NCBI RefSeq assembly: GCF_014930455.1
Contig: NZ_JAAIYO010000008.1
Span: forward strand, 96,367 to 160,366
Direction: 5' to 3'
Origin: Corallococcus soli
Lineage (GTDB): Bacteria > Myxococcota > Myxococcia > Myxococcales > Myxococcaceae
DNA length: 64,000 bases
Shown here: positions 1 through 10,539 of the stretch, piece by piece
Numbering within the stretch: position 1 is the first letter of the stretch
Layout of the letters: every line of letters begins with the position of its first letter
Made by a program: the position numbers and the translations under genes
The notes under the pieces: generated by a model
What the model was told of the DNA's origin: nothing
Databases searched by the model: none
Seen by the model: the letters and a program-made list of their open reading frames with translations, nothing else

Positions 1-235
1 GCGGAGTTGATACTGCGCCGTCTGGGCTTGGGGTCGCCCCTGGGGGGAAGTCCGGCATGCCGCAGGCGTTCACCTGCACCACGTCACCCGCCGAGCGTGA
101 ACACCTTTAGGGTATTGAACGGATGGGGCCCCTTTGGGGGAGCTTGGAGGCGCTTCGACAGGCGATTGAATCCAGTTCCGGAGCCCCCGCGTAAGGCATC
201 GGGAACGCCGATTCGATACAGCCACCAGGGGGCCC

Positions 236-1957
236 ATGTCGCTCATCAGGAATCAGAGCAGAATCTTCGCCGCGCTCGCCACCGCCCTCATGCTCACGGC
301 CTGCGGAGACGACGACGATGACAACCCCACGCCCCGCCCGGACGCGGGTACCGGCATGGACGCCGGCACCGACGCGGGCACCAGCACCGACGCGGGCACC
401 AACACCGACGCCGGCACGGACGGCGGGTCGACTCCGGTCATGGTGGGTGAGGTCATCGCCCTGACCGCTTCGAACAAGCTCGTGTCCTTTGAACGCGCGA
501 CGCCTGGCACCCTGGTGGGCTCCGTCGACGTGACGGGCCTGGACTCGGGCGAGTCGCTGCTGGGCATCGACTACCGTCCCGCGGACTCGCAGCTCTATGG
601 CCTCACGAGCGCGGGGCGCATCGTCACGCTGGCGCCGGACACCGGTGTCGCCACCGTGAAGTCCACCCTGGTCGCCATGGCGGGAGACGATAACCCGTTC
701 ACCGCGCTGTCGGGCACCGACTTCGCCGTGGACTTCAATCCGGTGGCGGATCGCCTGCGCGTGGTGAGCGACACCGGGCAGAACCTGCGCATCAACGTCG
801 ACAGCGGCGCCACCACCACCGACGGCGCCATCAATGGTGGCAACAGCGGCGCGAAGGTGACGGGCGCGGGCTACACCAACTCCTTCGCGGAGACGGCCAA
901 CACCCGCCTCTTCGTGTTGGACGCGGCGACGGACACCGTCTACCTCCAGGATCCGCCCAACAACGGCACACTCTCCGCCCCGGCACCGCTGGGCGTGGAT
1001 GCCTCGGGGGTGAATGGCTACGACATCGACGCGCGCACCAACGTGGGCTACGCCGCGCTGACGGTGGGCGGCACGCAGCGCCTGTACCGCATCACCCCGG
1101 AGAACACGCTGGGGGCGGCCACGGAGCTGGCGGTCATTGGAACGTCGGAGCCCCTCAAGGGCCTGGCCCTGAAGCAGGCGTCCGGGGCCGCGGTCTACGG
1201 CCTCACCCGGGACAGCCGGCTCGTGCGCGCCGCGGTCTCCGCGCCCAACACGCTGACGGCGACGGTGACGCTGACGGGCGTGCCGACGGGAGAGACGCTC
1301 CTCGGCATCGACGTGCGCCCGGCGGACCGGAAGATGTATGTCCTCTCCTCCGCCGGGAAGCTCTACACGGTGGACCCGCAGACGGGCGCGGTCACCGCGA
1401 AGTCCACGCTGAGCGCGGACCCCGCCGACCTCACGGAGCCCTTCACCGCCCTGTCCGGGGCCCGGTTCGTCATCGACTTCAACCCGGTGGCGGACCGCCT
1501 GCGCGTCGTGAGCGACACCGGGCAGAACCTGCGCATCAACGTCGACAGCGGCGCCACCACCACGGACGGCGCCATCAACCGCTCGCCGGCCCCGGTCGTC
1601 TTCGGCGCGGCGTACACGAACAGCGTGATGGGCACCACCGCGACGGCGCTGTTCGACCTGGAGCGCAACAGCAACGTGCTGGCCCGGCAGGACCCGCCCA
1701 ACAACGGCACGCTGGTCAACGTGGGCGCGCTGGGCGTGACGTTCGTCGGCGCGACGGGCTTCGACATCGCCGGCGGTGACAATGGCCTGCCGCTGGTGGC
1801 GGGACGCACGGCGAACAGCGGGCCCCATGTCCTGTACCAGGTGAACCTGCTGACCGGCGCGGCCACGTTCTTCCCGCGGACCGCGACCACGGCGGAGATG
1901 GCCTCCATCGGGGGCGCCTCCGGCCCCGAGCTGTGCGACATCGCCATCGTCTACTGA
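236..1957 (+). CDS. Lipoprotein with two tandem DUF4394-like repeats (twice: DFNPVADRLRVVSDTGQNLRINVDSGATTTDGAIN); N-terminal poly(DAGT) low-complexity linker
   Basis: 573-aa ORF. Signal peptide with LTAC lipobox. Two ~250-aa internal repeats with near-identical core motifs. Codon bias is consistent with the genome. Confidence 0.8.
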   Translation: MSLIRNQSRIFAALATALMLTACGDDDDDNPTPRPDAGTGMDAGTDAGTSTDAGTNTDAGTDGGSTPVMVGEVIALTASNKLVSFERATPGTLVGSVDVTGLDSGESLLGIDYRPADSQLYGLTSAGRIVTLAPDTGVATVKSTLVAMAGDDNPFTALSGTDFAVDFNPVADRLRVVSDTGQNLRINVDSGATTTDGAINGGNSGAKVTGAGYTNSFAETANTRLFVLDAATDTVYLQDPPNNGTLSAPAPLGVDASGVNGYDIDARTNVGYAALTVGGTQRLYRITPENTLGAATELAVIGTSEPLKGLALKQASGAAVYGLTRDSRLVRAAVSAPNTLTATVTLTGVPTGETLLGIDVRPADRKMYVLSSAGKLYTVDPQTGAVTAKSTLSADPADLTEPFTALSGARFVIDFNPVADRLRVVSDTGQNLRINVDSGATTTDGAINRSPAPVVFGAAYTNSVMGTTATALFDLERNSNVLARQDPPNNGTLVNVGALGVTFVGATGFDIAGGDNGLPLVAGRTANSGPHVLYQVNLLTGAATFFPRTATTAEMASIGGASGPELCDIAIVY

Positions 1958-2324
1958 GCCAGGAGGCTCCCGGTCGGGTCCAAAGCTCGGGACCCGGCCG
2001 GCATCCCCCGCACGGCTCAGCGCATGAACCGTGTCAGCGCGGCGAAGTCATCCTGGCCATTCCCCGTCCGGATGGCTGCCTGGAAGAGCTGATCAAAGGC
2101 TTCGGGCACCGCGCGGTGGAGCCCGCGCTCCTTGCACAGATGCGGCGGGTCCTCGGGGTGACGCCCTTCGTGGTGGCGCGTGACGCGCGAACGGGGAGGC
2201 CTCCGCGAAAGGGGCAATGACTCCCAGGAGTAAGCCCGGGTGTTGGGCCCGCTTGTCACCAACCGGGTTGGCGGAGCCGCGAGAGCGGATCCCGATCACG
2301 GCCCCAAGCCCTGGCGTCCGTCCG

Positions 2325-3686
2325 CTACCGCGGCTCGACCTTCAGGACATGGACCTGGGCGTCGCGGGTGACGCCCACCAGCCTGTCGCCCATGAAGGTC
2401 ATGTGCTTGTAGAGGAAGGCGCTGGCCACGACCCCGATATGCACACCGGTGTCATCGAGGATGACGAGATCGGGTTTGAACCTGTCGCTCCCCCAGATCT
2501 CCCCGGGCCGGTAGGCAATGCCAGCCGCGCGGTGCACTCTCCGCTGGGTGATGGGATTGACGAAGGTCCCCAGGACTCCACCCGTTGCCAGGTCGACGCG
2601 CTCGATGGGCCCGTTGATGTAGCCCTTGCTCTGCAAGAGGTGGCTGCCCGTCCAGGCCAGGGATTCCGTTCCCTCCGTCGTCACGAAGGCCTGCTCGCGA
2701 ACCCCCGTGGTGGGGTTGATGCTCACGAGCTGTCGGTTGTTGCTACCGCCAAGGCTCACCCAGAGCGAGGCGCCGTCCCAGGTCATGCCCGTGGGCACCC
2801 GGTGGTCCTCGAAGACGAATTCATTGAGCACCGCCAGGGTGTCGGGCGCGTGCTGCACCAGCGTGAGCGTGTCAGGGTCGTAGTAGCCCCCCACCTCCTC
2901 CCGATACAGGAACCAGAGCGAGCTGCCGTCGTAGGCCATTCCGAAGATGGGCCAGGCGCCCGCGAATTCGCGCTCGGGGGTCAGCCGGTAGGCGCGCGTG
3001 AAGTGGGCTTCGTTGGCCCACCTGGGCGTCCTGACATGCAGGACGTTGCTCCCAGCGAGCGTGCCGTCCTCCCCGAGGACGAAGACGCGAAAGTAGAGGT
3101 CGGTGTCGGCCGAGACGAGCGGGCCGCCCCCGAGGTACCAGCCCGTCAACTCAAAGTCCGTCTGGGAGGCCTCGGTTCCCACATGGATGAGCAGGCCGTT
3201 CGTCTCGTCGAAGGCGGGCGAGGTGTGGCTGGCGTAGACCTTGTACTCCCGGAACTTCCTGTCGTTGCTCCTCTCCCAGGCGAGGTGGACACTCGATGTC
3301 GTCACCTCGCGCGGCTCGAGCATGCGGACCGGCCTCGGCAGGCGGACCGTCACCTCCTGGGCGTCCGTGCTCTTCTCCAGGGTCTGCACGAGCCGGGAGA
3401 ACGTGCCGTCACCTGTGCCCAGCTGAAGCTCGAGCTGGTGTTGCCCCAGGGCGAGTTCAAGGGTCAGCTCGCCCGCGGAGTCCGTCCGGCCCGCGTCGGT
3501 CCCGTTCAGCTTCACGGCGGCATCCGCGACGGGTTGCCCATCATCGTAGGTCGCGCGGATGTGGGTTCTGTCGCGCGGAACGGACGGCACCGCCGGCATC
3601 TCCGGCTCCTCCACGGGCGCGGTGGGACTGCCGCAGGCCAGACATCCGGCCGCCAACAAGGAAAGCAAAGGAGTCCAACGTGACAT
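2325..3686 (-). CDS. Hypothetical lipoprotein (FN3-like segment plus beta-propeller-like C-terminal region)
   Basis: ORF 2325..3719. Likely start at the Met preceding the signal peptide MSRWTPLLSLLAAGCLACGS (ATG at 3686). The antisense 488-aa ORF is a GC shadow. Confidence 0.6.
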   Translation of the reverse strand: MSRWTPLLSLLAAGCLACGSPTAPVEEPEMPAVPSVPRDRTHIRATYDDGQPVADAAVKLNGTDAGRTDSAGELTLELALGQHQLELQLGTGDGTFSRLVQTLEKSTDAQEVTVRLPRPVRMLEPREVTTSSVHLAWERSNDRKFREYKVYASHTSPAFDETNGLLIHVGTEASQTDFELTGWYLGGGPLVSADTDLYFRVFVLGEDGTLAGSNVLHVRTPRWANEAHFTRAYRLTPEREFAGAWPIFGMAYDGSSLWFLYREEVGGYYDPDTLTLVQHAPDTLAVLNEFVFEDHRVPTGMTWDGASLWVSLGGSNNRQLVSINPTTGVREQAFVTTEGTESLAWTGSHLLQSKGYINGPIERVDLATGGVLGTFVNPITQRRVHRAAGIAYRPGEIWGSDRFKPDLVILDDTGVHIGVVASAFLYKHMTFMGDRLVGVTRDAQVHVLKVEPR

Positions 3687-3961
3687 GAAGCCCCCCAGAT
3701 GAGGACGAAGTCCGGCCACTTCGTTGGGCCGTCATCCTAGACTCTTTCACGCGGCGATTCTCGGTGGAGGCTGCATGCCCCATCACGGGACACGCCCCCC
3801 ATGTCCCACCCATGACGCGGTTTGTGCGTGACGGTCGAATACCGGCCGGCGCCGGAGCACCCAGCTCCCACCCTGGTTGAGGACTGATACGCCGGGCTCG
3901 TCGACCGCGATGAGCAGGCATGTGCTGTAGTGAGGGCCCCTGACGGACACGAGGCTCCCTG

Positions 3962-5281
3962 GTGAAAACGCTCTCCTTTCTTGCCCTGCTCTTCGCCTGT
4001 CTGACGGTGTCTGGCGGCCCCGTGCTCGCGGCGGCGCCTCCTCCCACCGCCATCGAGGGACTGGACGCGCTGTACCCCGAGCTGGACGCGCTCTACCGCG
4101 ACCTGCACCAGACGCCCGAGCTGTCACTCCAGGAGGAGAAGACGGCGGCGAAGCTGGCCGAGCGCCTTCGCAAGCTTGGCTTCGAGGTGACCCCGAAGGT
4201 GGGCGGGCACGGCGTGGTGGCCCTGCTGCGCAACGGCAAGGGGCCCACGGTGATGCTGCGCACGGACCTGGACGGGCTGCCGGTGGAGGAGAAGACGGGG
4301 CTGCCCTACGCCAGCAAGATGAAGGCGAAGGACGCGGCCGGAGCGGAGGTCGCGGTGATGCACGCGTGCGGGCACGACGTGCACATGACGTCCTGGCTTG
4401 GCACGGCCACGCTGCTGGCGCGGACGAAGGACCGGTGGCGTGGCACGCTGATGCTGGTGGGGCAGCCGGCCGAGGAGATTGGCGCGGGGGCCCGGGGGAT
4501 GCTGGCGGACGGCCTGTTCAAGCGCTTCCCCAAGCCGGACTTCGCCGTGGCCCTGCACACCGTGGCCACCGCCGCGGCGGGGACGGTGCAGTTCACCCCC
4601 GGCTATGCGCTGGCGAGCGTGGACGCGGTGAACGTCACCCTCCACGGCAAGGGCGGGCACGGCGCGTACCCGCACACCACGGTGGACCCGGTGGTGATGG
4701 CGGCGCGCACCATCCTGTCGCTGCAGACGCTCATCAGCCGGGAGAAGAGCCCGCTGGAGCCGGGGGTGATCACGGTGGGCGCCATCCACGGTGGCACCAA
4801 GCACAACATCATCCCGGACGAGGTGCGCCTGCAGCTCACGGTGCGCACGTACAAGCCGGAGGTCCGCAAGGCGCTGCTGGCTGGCATCGAGCGCATCGCC
4901 AAAGCGGAGGCGATGGCCTCGGGTGCGCCCCGCCCCCCCGACGTCAACGTCACCGAGGGCACGCCCGCCACCTTCAATGATCCCGCGCTCACGACGCGGC
5001 TGGTGGGCGCGGTGGGCAGGGTGCTGGGCGAGAAGAACCTCAGCGAGGCACCGCCCACCATGGGCGGCGAGGACTTCTCCGAGTACGGCAGCGCGGGCGT
5101 GCCCGCGGTGATGATGTGGCTGGGCATCACCGAGCCCAAGCGCTTCGCGGCGGCCAAGGCCGCGGGGGAGACGCTCCCCTCTCCGCACTCGCCCATCTAC
5201 GCGCCGGACCGCGAGCGCACGCTGCGCACCGGCGTCACCGTGCTGACCACCGCCGCGTTGGAGCTGCTCGGGAGGCCCTGA
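3962..5281 (+). CDS. M20D-family amidohydrolase/aminoacylase (hippurate-hydrolase-like), secreted
   Basis: 439 aa with signal peptide. MHACGHDVH metal-binding motif typical of peptidase M20D amidohydrolases. Confidence 0.85.
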   Translation: MKTLSFLALLFACLTVSGGPVLAAAPPPTAIEGLDALYPELDALYRDLHQTPELSLQEEKTAAKLAERLRKLGFEVTPKVGGHGVVALLRNGKGPTVMLRTDLDGLPVEEKTGLPYASKMKAKDAAGAEVAVMHACGHDVHMTSWLGTATLLARTKDRWRGTLMLVGQPAEEIGAGARGMLADGLFKRFPKPDFAVALHTVATAAAGTVQFTPGYALASVDAVNVTLHGKGGHGAYPHTTVDPVVMAARTILSLQTLISREKSPLEPGVITVGAIHGGTKHNIIPDEVRLQLTVRTYKPEVRKALLAGIERIAKAEAMASGAPRPPDVNVTEGTPATFNDPALTTRLVGAVGRVLGEKNLSEAPPTMGGEDFSEYGSAGVPAVMMWLGITEPKRFAAAKAAGETLPSPHSPIYAPDRERTLRTGVTVLTTAALELLGRP

Positions 5282-5306
5282 GGGGCTTCAGCGCGGAGTG
5301 CCAGCG

Positions 5307-5771
5307 TCACAGCGAAGCGGGCGCCTCACCCTGTCCGCTGGCCCACTGGCGCGCTTCGCGCTCCAGCTTGTCGAGCGCCCCGTTCCAGCCGTCGATGCAG
5401 GCGTCCCTGTCCTGTTCCGACTGAAGGCCCTCGTGAACGAGCGTCAGCTGCGCGCCGCCCGATTGCTCGTCGAGGGTGACGGTGACTTGTGAGGGGCCGC
5501 TCTTTTCGACATCCCAGGTGAAGGACACCTTCCGGCCGGGCTCGACCGCTCGGAATTCACCGGTGAAGTCGTAGGTGTCGCCGTTCGGCGCGTGGGTGAG
5601 GACCCGGTACTTGCCGCCGACGCGGACCTCGAACGTCCGCACGTCGCTCGTGTCGCCAGCGTTGGGGCCCCACCAGACGGCGACCTTCGTGGGGTTCACC
5701 CAGAAATCGAAGGCCTCGGCGGCGGTGGTGGAGAGTTGCCGTTGGAGCGTGAGGCTGTGTGGACGAGGCAT
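5307..5771 (-). CDS. SRPBCC/AHSA1-like (activator of Hsp90 ATPase homolog family) small protein
   Basis: About 155 aa counted from the internal Met (MPRPHSLTLQRQL...). The ORF upstream of that looks non-coding. START/Bet v1-like fold signature. Confidence 0.7.
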   Translation of the reverse strand: MPRPHSLTLQRQLSTTAAEAFDFWVNPTKVAVWWGPNAGDTSDVRTFEVRVGGKYRVLTHAPNGDTYDFTGEFRAVEPGRKVSFTWDVEKSGPSQVTVTLDEQSGGAQLTLVHEGLQSEQDRDACIDGWNGALDKLEREARQWASGQGEAPASL

Positions 5772-5922
5772 CGTGTCCCTCCGGTGGGCGGGTGAACAAG
5801 CCCAACGGTGCTCATGGCGCATCGTCGCCACAATGCGAGAGGGGAGGCCGGTCGCTCGCCAGACCGTCCGTCGTCCGGCCCACTGCACGAAGAGCCGCGC
5901 AAGCAGGGCCCGCCTCACGCCC

Positions 5923-7446
5923 TCAGGGTTCCTCCTCGGGCTTCTCCGCGCGGACCGTCACACCCGAGCCGTCCCGGGCATTCCAGCTCGCGACCACCCA
6001 GAGGTCGTCCGCGAACTTCATCCGGAGCTTCTGTCCCGGCTGCTCCCATGTGTAGCCAGGCCAGGACGCTTCGCTGTCTTCGGAGAAGGACGCCCCGTCC
6101 AGATCGATCAGCTCCTGGCCTTCGTGAGCGACGACGTTCGAGCAGGCGTCCCACGACAGCAGCTCGGCGGAGATGGGGCCGCTCTCTCCCAGCCTCACGA
6201 GCTCCAGGGTGTTTTCCTCGGCCGCGCCGCACGGGCCGCCCATGGGCATGCCCATCATCCAGCCGGTCTGCTTCACCACCGCTCCGGGTGTCCCATCCCC
6301 GAAGCGAAAGCCCAGCTCCGTCGCTCCCGCGATCCAGGCCGCCCGGGGCTTCTGCTCCTCGCGGAGCAGGAGCAGCTCCCCCGCCCTCGATGCTTCGCGC
6401 AGACCTCGCAGGCGCATGGCGTCCGCTCCCGTTGCTTGCACGGGGACGCGCACCGTGTCCGGACCCGCGAACGGCGTGGCGGGACCCAGCTTCCACTGGA
6501 GGAACACATGCTCCAGGACTTCGCTGGCGCTGCTCAGGCAGTACCGGTTTGAAACGTCCGTGGGCTCCCGCGAATCCGCGGCGACGCCCCGCCACTCCTC
6601 GCCCACGCGCATGAAGTAGGGGGGAAGTCCCTCCAGGTCCTGTTGACTCAACTCTGGAACCCCGGCCAGGAGCCGAGGCTTCAGGGGTTGGGCCAGCTTC
6701 ACGACATGAAAGGTGGAGGGCTCGGCCCACCGGGGAGCGGGGTGGCTGGAGCGCACGCGCTCAGGGGCTCCAGGGGGCCCCGCGTCGATGACGTCCACCC
6801 GGGCGCGCAGGGTCTCCACGCCGGTGCGTGGGACGAAGACGAGCCCTCCCGGTTGGAGCACCGCGCGAATGTGATAGCCGCGCTTCGTCTTCTGGACCTC
6901 GTAGCTCACATCCCCCGGCGCCAGGGAGGGAGCCAGTCCCGCCGCCGCGTACAGCGGGCGATCATAGAGAACGGCCGGGCGCCCATCGCGAAACAGCCCC
7001 AGGTGCGCGAGGCCGAAGAAGGCGCGCACCCTGCGCGAGGGCGGCTTCCCAATCGATTCGCGCGCGCTCCTTTCGCTGGCGGTGCAGCGGTCCTCCTCAT
7101 CGTCTTCCGCGGACCGCATGCGGATGCTGCGGTCGAGCTCCCTGGGCTTGTCCCCGCCGTTCACGGTGAACAGGCCGCCCGCGTCGGTGGTGACGAAGCG
7201 CGTGGGGCCCACCGCCTTGAGATCCTCCAGCGCGAACCAGACCTCGACGTGATCGGAGTGCACGTCATCCGCCGAGGTGGAGGGCGTCGGGTCCACCACC
7301 TCCACCTCGAGCAGGAGCTGTCGGCCATCCGAGGTCAGCCGCGCCGAGGACGCGGCCTGCTTCTCTCCACGGGCCCGCAGGGGCGCGGAGAAGTCGGCGG
7401 GGGCCGCCATGAGCATCCATCCCGCAAGCAGGGCCCAGGCGCTCAT
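5923..7446 (-). CDS. Hypothetical secreted protein
   Basis: ORF 5923..7533. Start assigned to Met30, which precedes the signal peptide MSAWALLAGWMLMAAPA. No recognisable catalytic motif. Confidence 0.55.
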   Translation of the reverse strand: MSAWALLAGWMLMAAPADFSAPLRARGEKQAASSARLTSDGRQLLLEVEVVDPTPSTSADDVHSDHVEVWFALEDLKAVGPTRFVTTDAGGLFTVNGGDKPRELDRSIRMRSAEDDEEDRCTASERSARESIGKPPSRRVRAFFGLAHLGLFRDGRPAVLYDRPLYAAAGLAPSLAPGDVSYEVQKTKRGYHIRAVLQPGGLVFVPRTGVETLRARVDVIDAGPPGAPERVRSSHPAPRWAEPSTFHVVKLAQPLKPRLLAGVPELSQQDLEGLPPYFMRVGEEWRGVAADSREPTDVSNRYCLSSASEVLEHVFLQWKLGPATPFAGPDTVRVPVQATGADAMRLRGLREASRAGELLLLREEQKPRAAWIAGATELGFRFGDGTPGAVVKQTGWMMGMPMGGPCGAAEENTLELVRLGESGPISAELLSWDACSNVVAHEGQELIDLDGASFSEDSEASWPGYTWEQPGQKLRMKFADDLWVVASWNARDGSGVTVRAEKPEEEP

Positions 7447-7702
7447 GCGTGCCTTAGAAGGGGGGCAGGGGAGGGGGACGCGCTTCGGGTGTGGCAGGGC
7501 AGCCGCATGTCCCGAGCCTAAAGCAGTTTCCACGCCAGCATCAGGTCAGAGCGGACCACCGTGGCGTCACAGTGACTCAGGAGCGCGGGCACGGGGCTGC
7601 TCCTAGAGTCCCGCGCCTCTCTCCTTGGCAAGGCTGTCCGTCCGCGTGGGCCCGGAGCCGTAGCGGGAGATGACTTTCAAGTCCCACGCTCCGGAGAATC
7701 GC

Positions 7703-10096
7703 ATGCGAAGAAAGAGTCGAAGCGGGCTGGCGTTGCTGGCCCTGGGCGTGGTGTTGGCATTGGCCGGGTGTGGCGGCGCGCGAGGACAAGAGCCGCAGGA
7801 GGGCAGCGCGCAGGCGGTGGTGACGCTGCCGCAGGCCTTGAGCGCCAGCGACGTGGCGCGGGTGGTGCTCACGGTGAGCGGCGCGGGCATGACGACGCGC
7901 ACGGACGCACTGGTGAAGACGGGCGGGCAGTGGGGTGGGGTGCTGGGCCAGTTGCCCGCCGGCACGGGCCGCACCTTCAGCGCCCAGGCCTTCGACGCCT
8001 CCAACACCGTGCGCTACGAGGGCCAGGTGACGCCCGTCACCATCCAGGTCGGGCAGATGACGGCCGTCACGCTCCTCCTGCAGGAGGTGAATGCGCCCGC
8101 GCCCTTCGACAACGCGGCGCCGCGCATCCTCTCGCTGGTGGCCAGCCCCGCCACCGTGGCCCCGGGCGGCCAGGTAACCCTGCAGGCCACCGCGGACGAC
8201 CCCAACGCGGGCGACAGCCTCACCTACGCCTGGACGGCCGCCTCGGGCAGCTTCGGCGCCGCCTCCAGCCTCACCACCGCCTGGACCGCCCCCGCGGTGG
8301 CCAGCCAGGTGGTGCTGACGCTGACGGTGACGGATTCCAAGGGCGCCTCGGCCTCCCTCAGCGTCACGGTGACGGTGAGCACCGGCAACGGCAGCGCGGC
8401 CGTCAACGTCTCCTTCAACACCTGGCCCCAGGTGGCCGCAGTGACGGCGCTGCCGTCCACCGTGGACGTAGGACAGCCCACGCTGGTGACGGCCTCCGCC
8501 AGCGACGCGGACGGTGACAGCCTCAGCTACCAGTGGACCGCGACGTGCCCGGGGACCTGGACGAATGCCACCTCCGCCAGCGCCAGCTTCACGCCCTCGG
8601 CGCAGCCTCCCGGCGACAACGCGTGCGCGCGGTGCGTGCTCACGGTGGCGGTGGAGGATGGCCGGGGTGGACGGACGCGGGGATCGCTGGGCGTCTGCGT
8701 GGGGCCGCCGCCGGTGGCCCGCTTCCCGCCGGAGGTGGTGGAGACGTTCCACTCGATCGCCCTCGTGCCGGCCCAGGGGGACACCGTCGTCTTCCGGGCG
8801 AGGGCGCGCGACCCGCAGGGCAGCGCGCTCTCCTTCTCCTGGAGCGCGGACGCGGCCGGGCTGGGCACGGCCAGCGATGGCACGACGACCAGCGAGGTGC
8901 TCTGGACGGCGCCTGCCTGCCTTGCCGCGGGCCCGTCACTCACGGTGACGGTGACCGTCCGCAACGCGCTGGGATTGTCCGCCAGCGCCAACATGGTCCT
9001 GGAGGGCGGCACGCCGTGCGCTCCGGCGCCGCGGCGGGTGGCCTGGATCGCCGCGGGAGGCGCGCACAGCCTGATCGTGAGGCAGGACGGCACCTCGGCC
9101 GCGTGGGGCCACAACGGCTACGGTCAGCTTGGCGACGGGACGACCGTGGATCGCCTCCTGCCCGTGCCGGTGCGGGTGCAGGGCCTCACGGGGGCCACGG
9201 CCCTGTCCGCCACCGCCTACCACACGCTCGCGCTCAAGCAGGACGGCACCGTGTGGGCCTGGGGATACAACGACTCCGGCCAGTTGGGGGACGCAGCGGA
9301 CGCGCTCCGCATGACGCCGACGACGGTGTCGGGGCTCACGGGCGTCACGGCCCTGGCTTCGGGCACCTACCACTCGCTGGCGCTGAAACAGGACGGCACC
9401 GTGTGGGCCTGGGGCCTCAACAACCTGGGCCAGTTGGGAGACGGGACGACCGACAGCCGCCCGGCGCGGATGCCGGTGCCGGGGCTCACGGGCGTCACGG
9501 CCCTGGCCGCGAGCACCTATCACTCGCTCGCACTCCAGCAGGACGGCACCGTGTGGACCTGGGGCTACAACAGCTCCGGGCAGTTGGGGGACGGGACGAC
9601 CGCGAACCGCGCCACGCCCGGGCGGGTGCAGGGATTGACGGATGTGTCGGCCATCGCATCGGGGCTCGTCCATTCGCTCGCCTTGAAACAGGACGGCACC
9701 GTCTGGGCCTGGGGCCGGAACACCGACGGTCAGCTCGGGGATGGGATGGCCGCGAACAGCCCGGTGCCGGTGCGGGTGCAGGGATTGACAGGCATCACGG
9801 CCATCGTCGCGGGGGCCTATCACTCGCTCGCGCTGAAACAGGACGGCACCGTGTGGGCCTGGGGCCGGAACTCCGACGGTCAGCTCGGGGATGGGACGGT
9901 CGCGGGAAGCCCCACGCCCGTGCGGGTGCTGGGATTGACGGCGGTGAAGGCGCTGGCCGGAGGCGACGCGCATTCACTGGCGTTGCTGCTGGATGGCACC
10001 GTGTGGGCCTGGGGCTACAACGGCGAGGGCGAGCTGGGCGATGGGACGACGATCACCCGCGCCACGCCCGTGCGGGTGCAGGGCCTGGAGGACTGA
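7703..10096 (+). CDS. Lipoprotein with N-terminal Ig/PKD-like repeats and about 7 C-terminal RCC1 (regulator of chromosome condensation) repeats
   Basis: Lipobox LALAGCGG. Three repeats of ...DPNAGDSLTYAWTA... Then seven near-identical ~52-aa units (HSLALKQDGTVWAWG.N..GQLGDGT), the classic RCC1 blade signature. Confidence 0.85.
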   Translation: MRRKSRSGLALLALGVVLALAGCGGARGQEPQEGSAQAVVTLPQALSASDVARVVLTVSGAGMTTRTDALVKTGGQWGGVLGQLPAGTGRTFSAQAFDASNTVRYEGQVTPVTIQVGQMTAVTLLLQEVNAPAPFDNAAPRILSLVASPATVAPGGQVTLQATADDPNAGDSLTYAWTAASGSFGAASSLTTAWTAPAVASQVVLTLTVTDSKGASASLSVTVTVSTGNGSAAVNVSFNTWPQVAAVTALPSTVDVGQPTLVTASASDADGDSLSYQWTATCPGTWTNATSASASFTPSAQPPGDNACARCVLTVAVEDGRGGRTRGSLGVCVGPPPVARFPPEVVETFHSIALVPAQGDTVVFRARARDPQGSALSFSWSADAAGLGTASDGTTTSEVLWTAPACLAAGPSLTVTVTVRNALGLSASANMVLEGGTPCAPAPRRVAWIAAGGAHSLIVRQDGTSAAWGHNGYGQLGDGTTVDRLLPVPVRVQGLTGATALSATAYHTLALKQDGTVWAWGYNDSGQLGDAADALRMTPTTVSGLTGVTALASGTYHSLALKQDGTVWAWGLNNLGQLGDGTTDSRPARMPVPGLTGVTALAASTYHSLALQQDGTVWTWGYNSSGQLGDGTTANRATPGRVQGLTDVSAIASGLVHSLALKQDGTVWAWGRNTDGQLGDGMAANSPVPVRVQGLTGITAIVAGAYHSLALKQDGTVWAWGRNSDGQLGDGTVAGSPTPVRVLGLTAVKALAGGDAHSLALLLDGTVWAWGYNGEGELGDGTTITRATPVRVQGLED

Positions 10097-10131
10097 CTCC
10101 CGGGGAGGCACGTTCGCGGATGCTCGGGCGT

Positions 10132-10163
10132 CCCGCCTCACGCAGACATCCGCGTGAGGCGGG
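10132..10163 (+). terminator. GC-rich hairpin (12-bp stem cccgcctcacgc/gcgtgaggcggg) downstream of the RCC1 gene
   Basis: Perfect inverted repeat 36 bp after the stop. No U-tract, as is usual in high-GC genomes. Confidence 0.45.
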
Positions 10164-10539
10164 GCGGCCAGGGCGGATGACAGTGACCTACGGGTTCCCG
10201 CACCCCGGGGCCGTCGCATTGGAGCAGCTGAGGCTGGCCGGAACAGACCACAGCGAGAAGCCCGGAGCGCCAGGGAACGCGGTGAAGAAGACGCGGTGCT
10301 ATACGTAGGACGGTTGTCAGCCCTCCCCAAAGGGCATGTAGGCTGTCATGGGAGTCAACAAGAGGCATGGCCTCGAACGAAGGACCCCTGTGCCTGTCCA
10401 AGGTTCGGCCGAGGCACACGGATGCGACGTTTTTCAGCTCAAACGGACCTCTTGTTGGCAGGGCTCTAAATTTGTCTGGGATTCACTTCCGAGCAACGTC
10501 GTTGCGCTCTTGCATCTGCACGCGCCACCGGGCACAAGA

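Noticed and set aside
300-430. Short direct repeats that could be mistaken for a CRISPR array
   Set aside because: They are 12-nt coding repeats inside a CDS, with no spacers of unique sequence and no cas genes.
107-1828. 573-aa ORF antisense to the DUF4394 lipoprotein gene. Similar long shadow ORFs also occur at 2217..3683, 4124..5188, 8533..10308, 8936..9973, 19763..21052, 21491..23230, 30933..32006, 31312..34266, 34307..36709, 39877..42513, 42640..44418 and 44130..44990.
   Set aside because: Typical high-GC antisense and out-of-frame ORFs. Their translations are Arg/Ala/Gly/Pro-rich and low-complexity with no motifs. The opposite-strand genes have clear domain signatures and signal peptides.
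5808-6730. Overlapping 268-aa and 271-aa ORFs within 5923..7446
   Set aside because: Alternative frames of the secreted-protein gene. Low-complexity Pro/Arg-rich translations.
7768-8517. 249-aa ORF internal to the RCC1 lipoprotein gene in another frame
   Set aside because: Arg/Gly-rich shadow frame.
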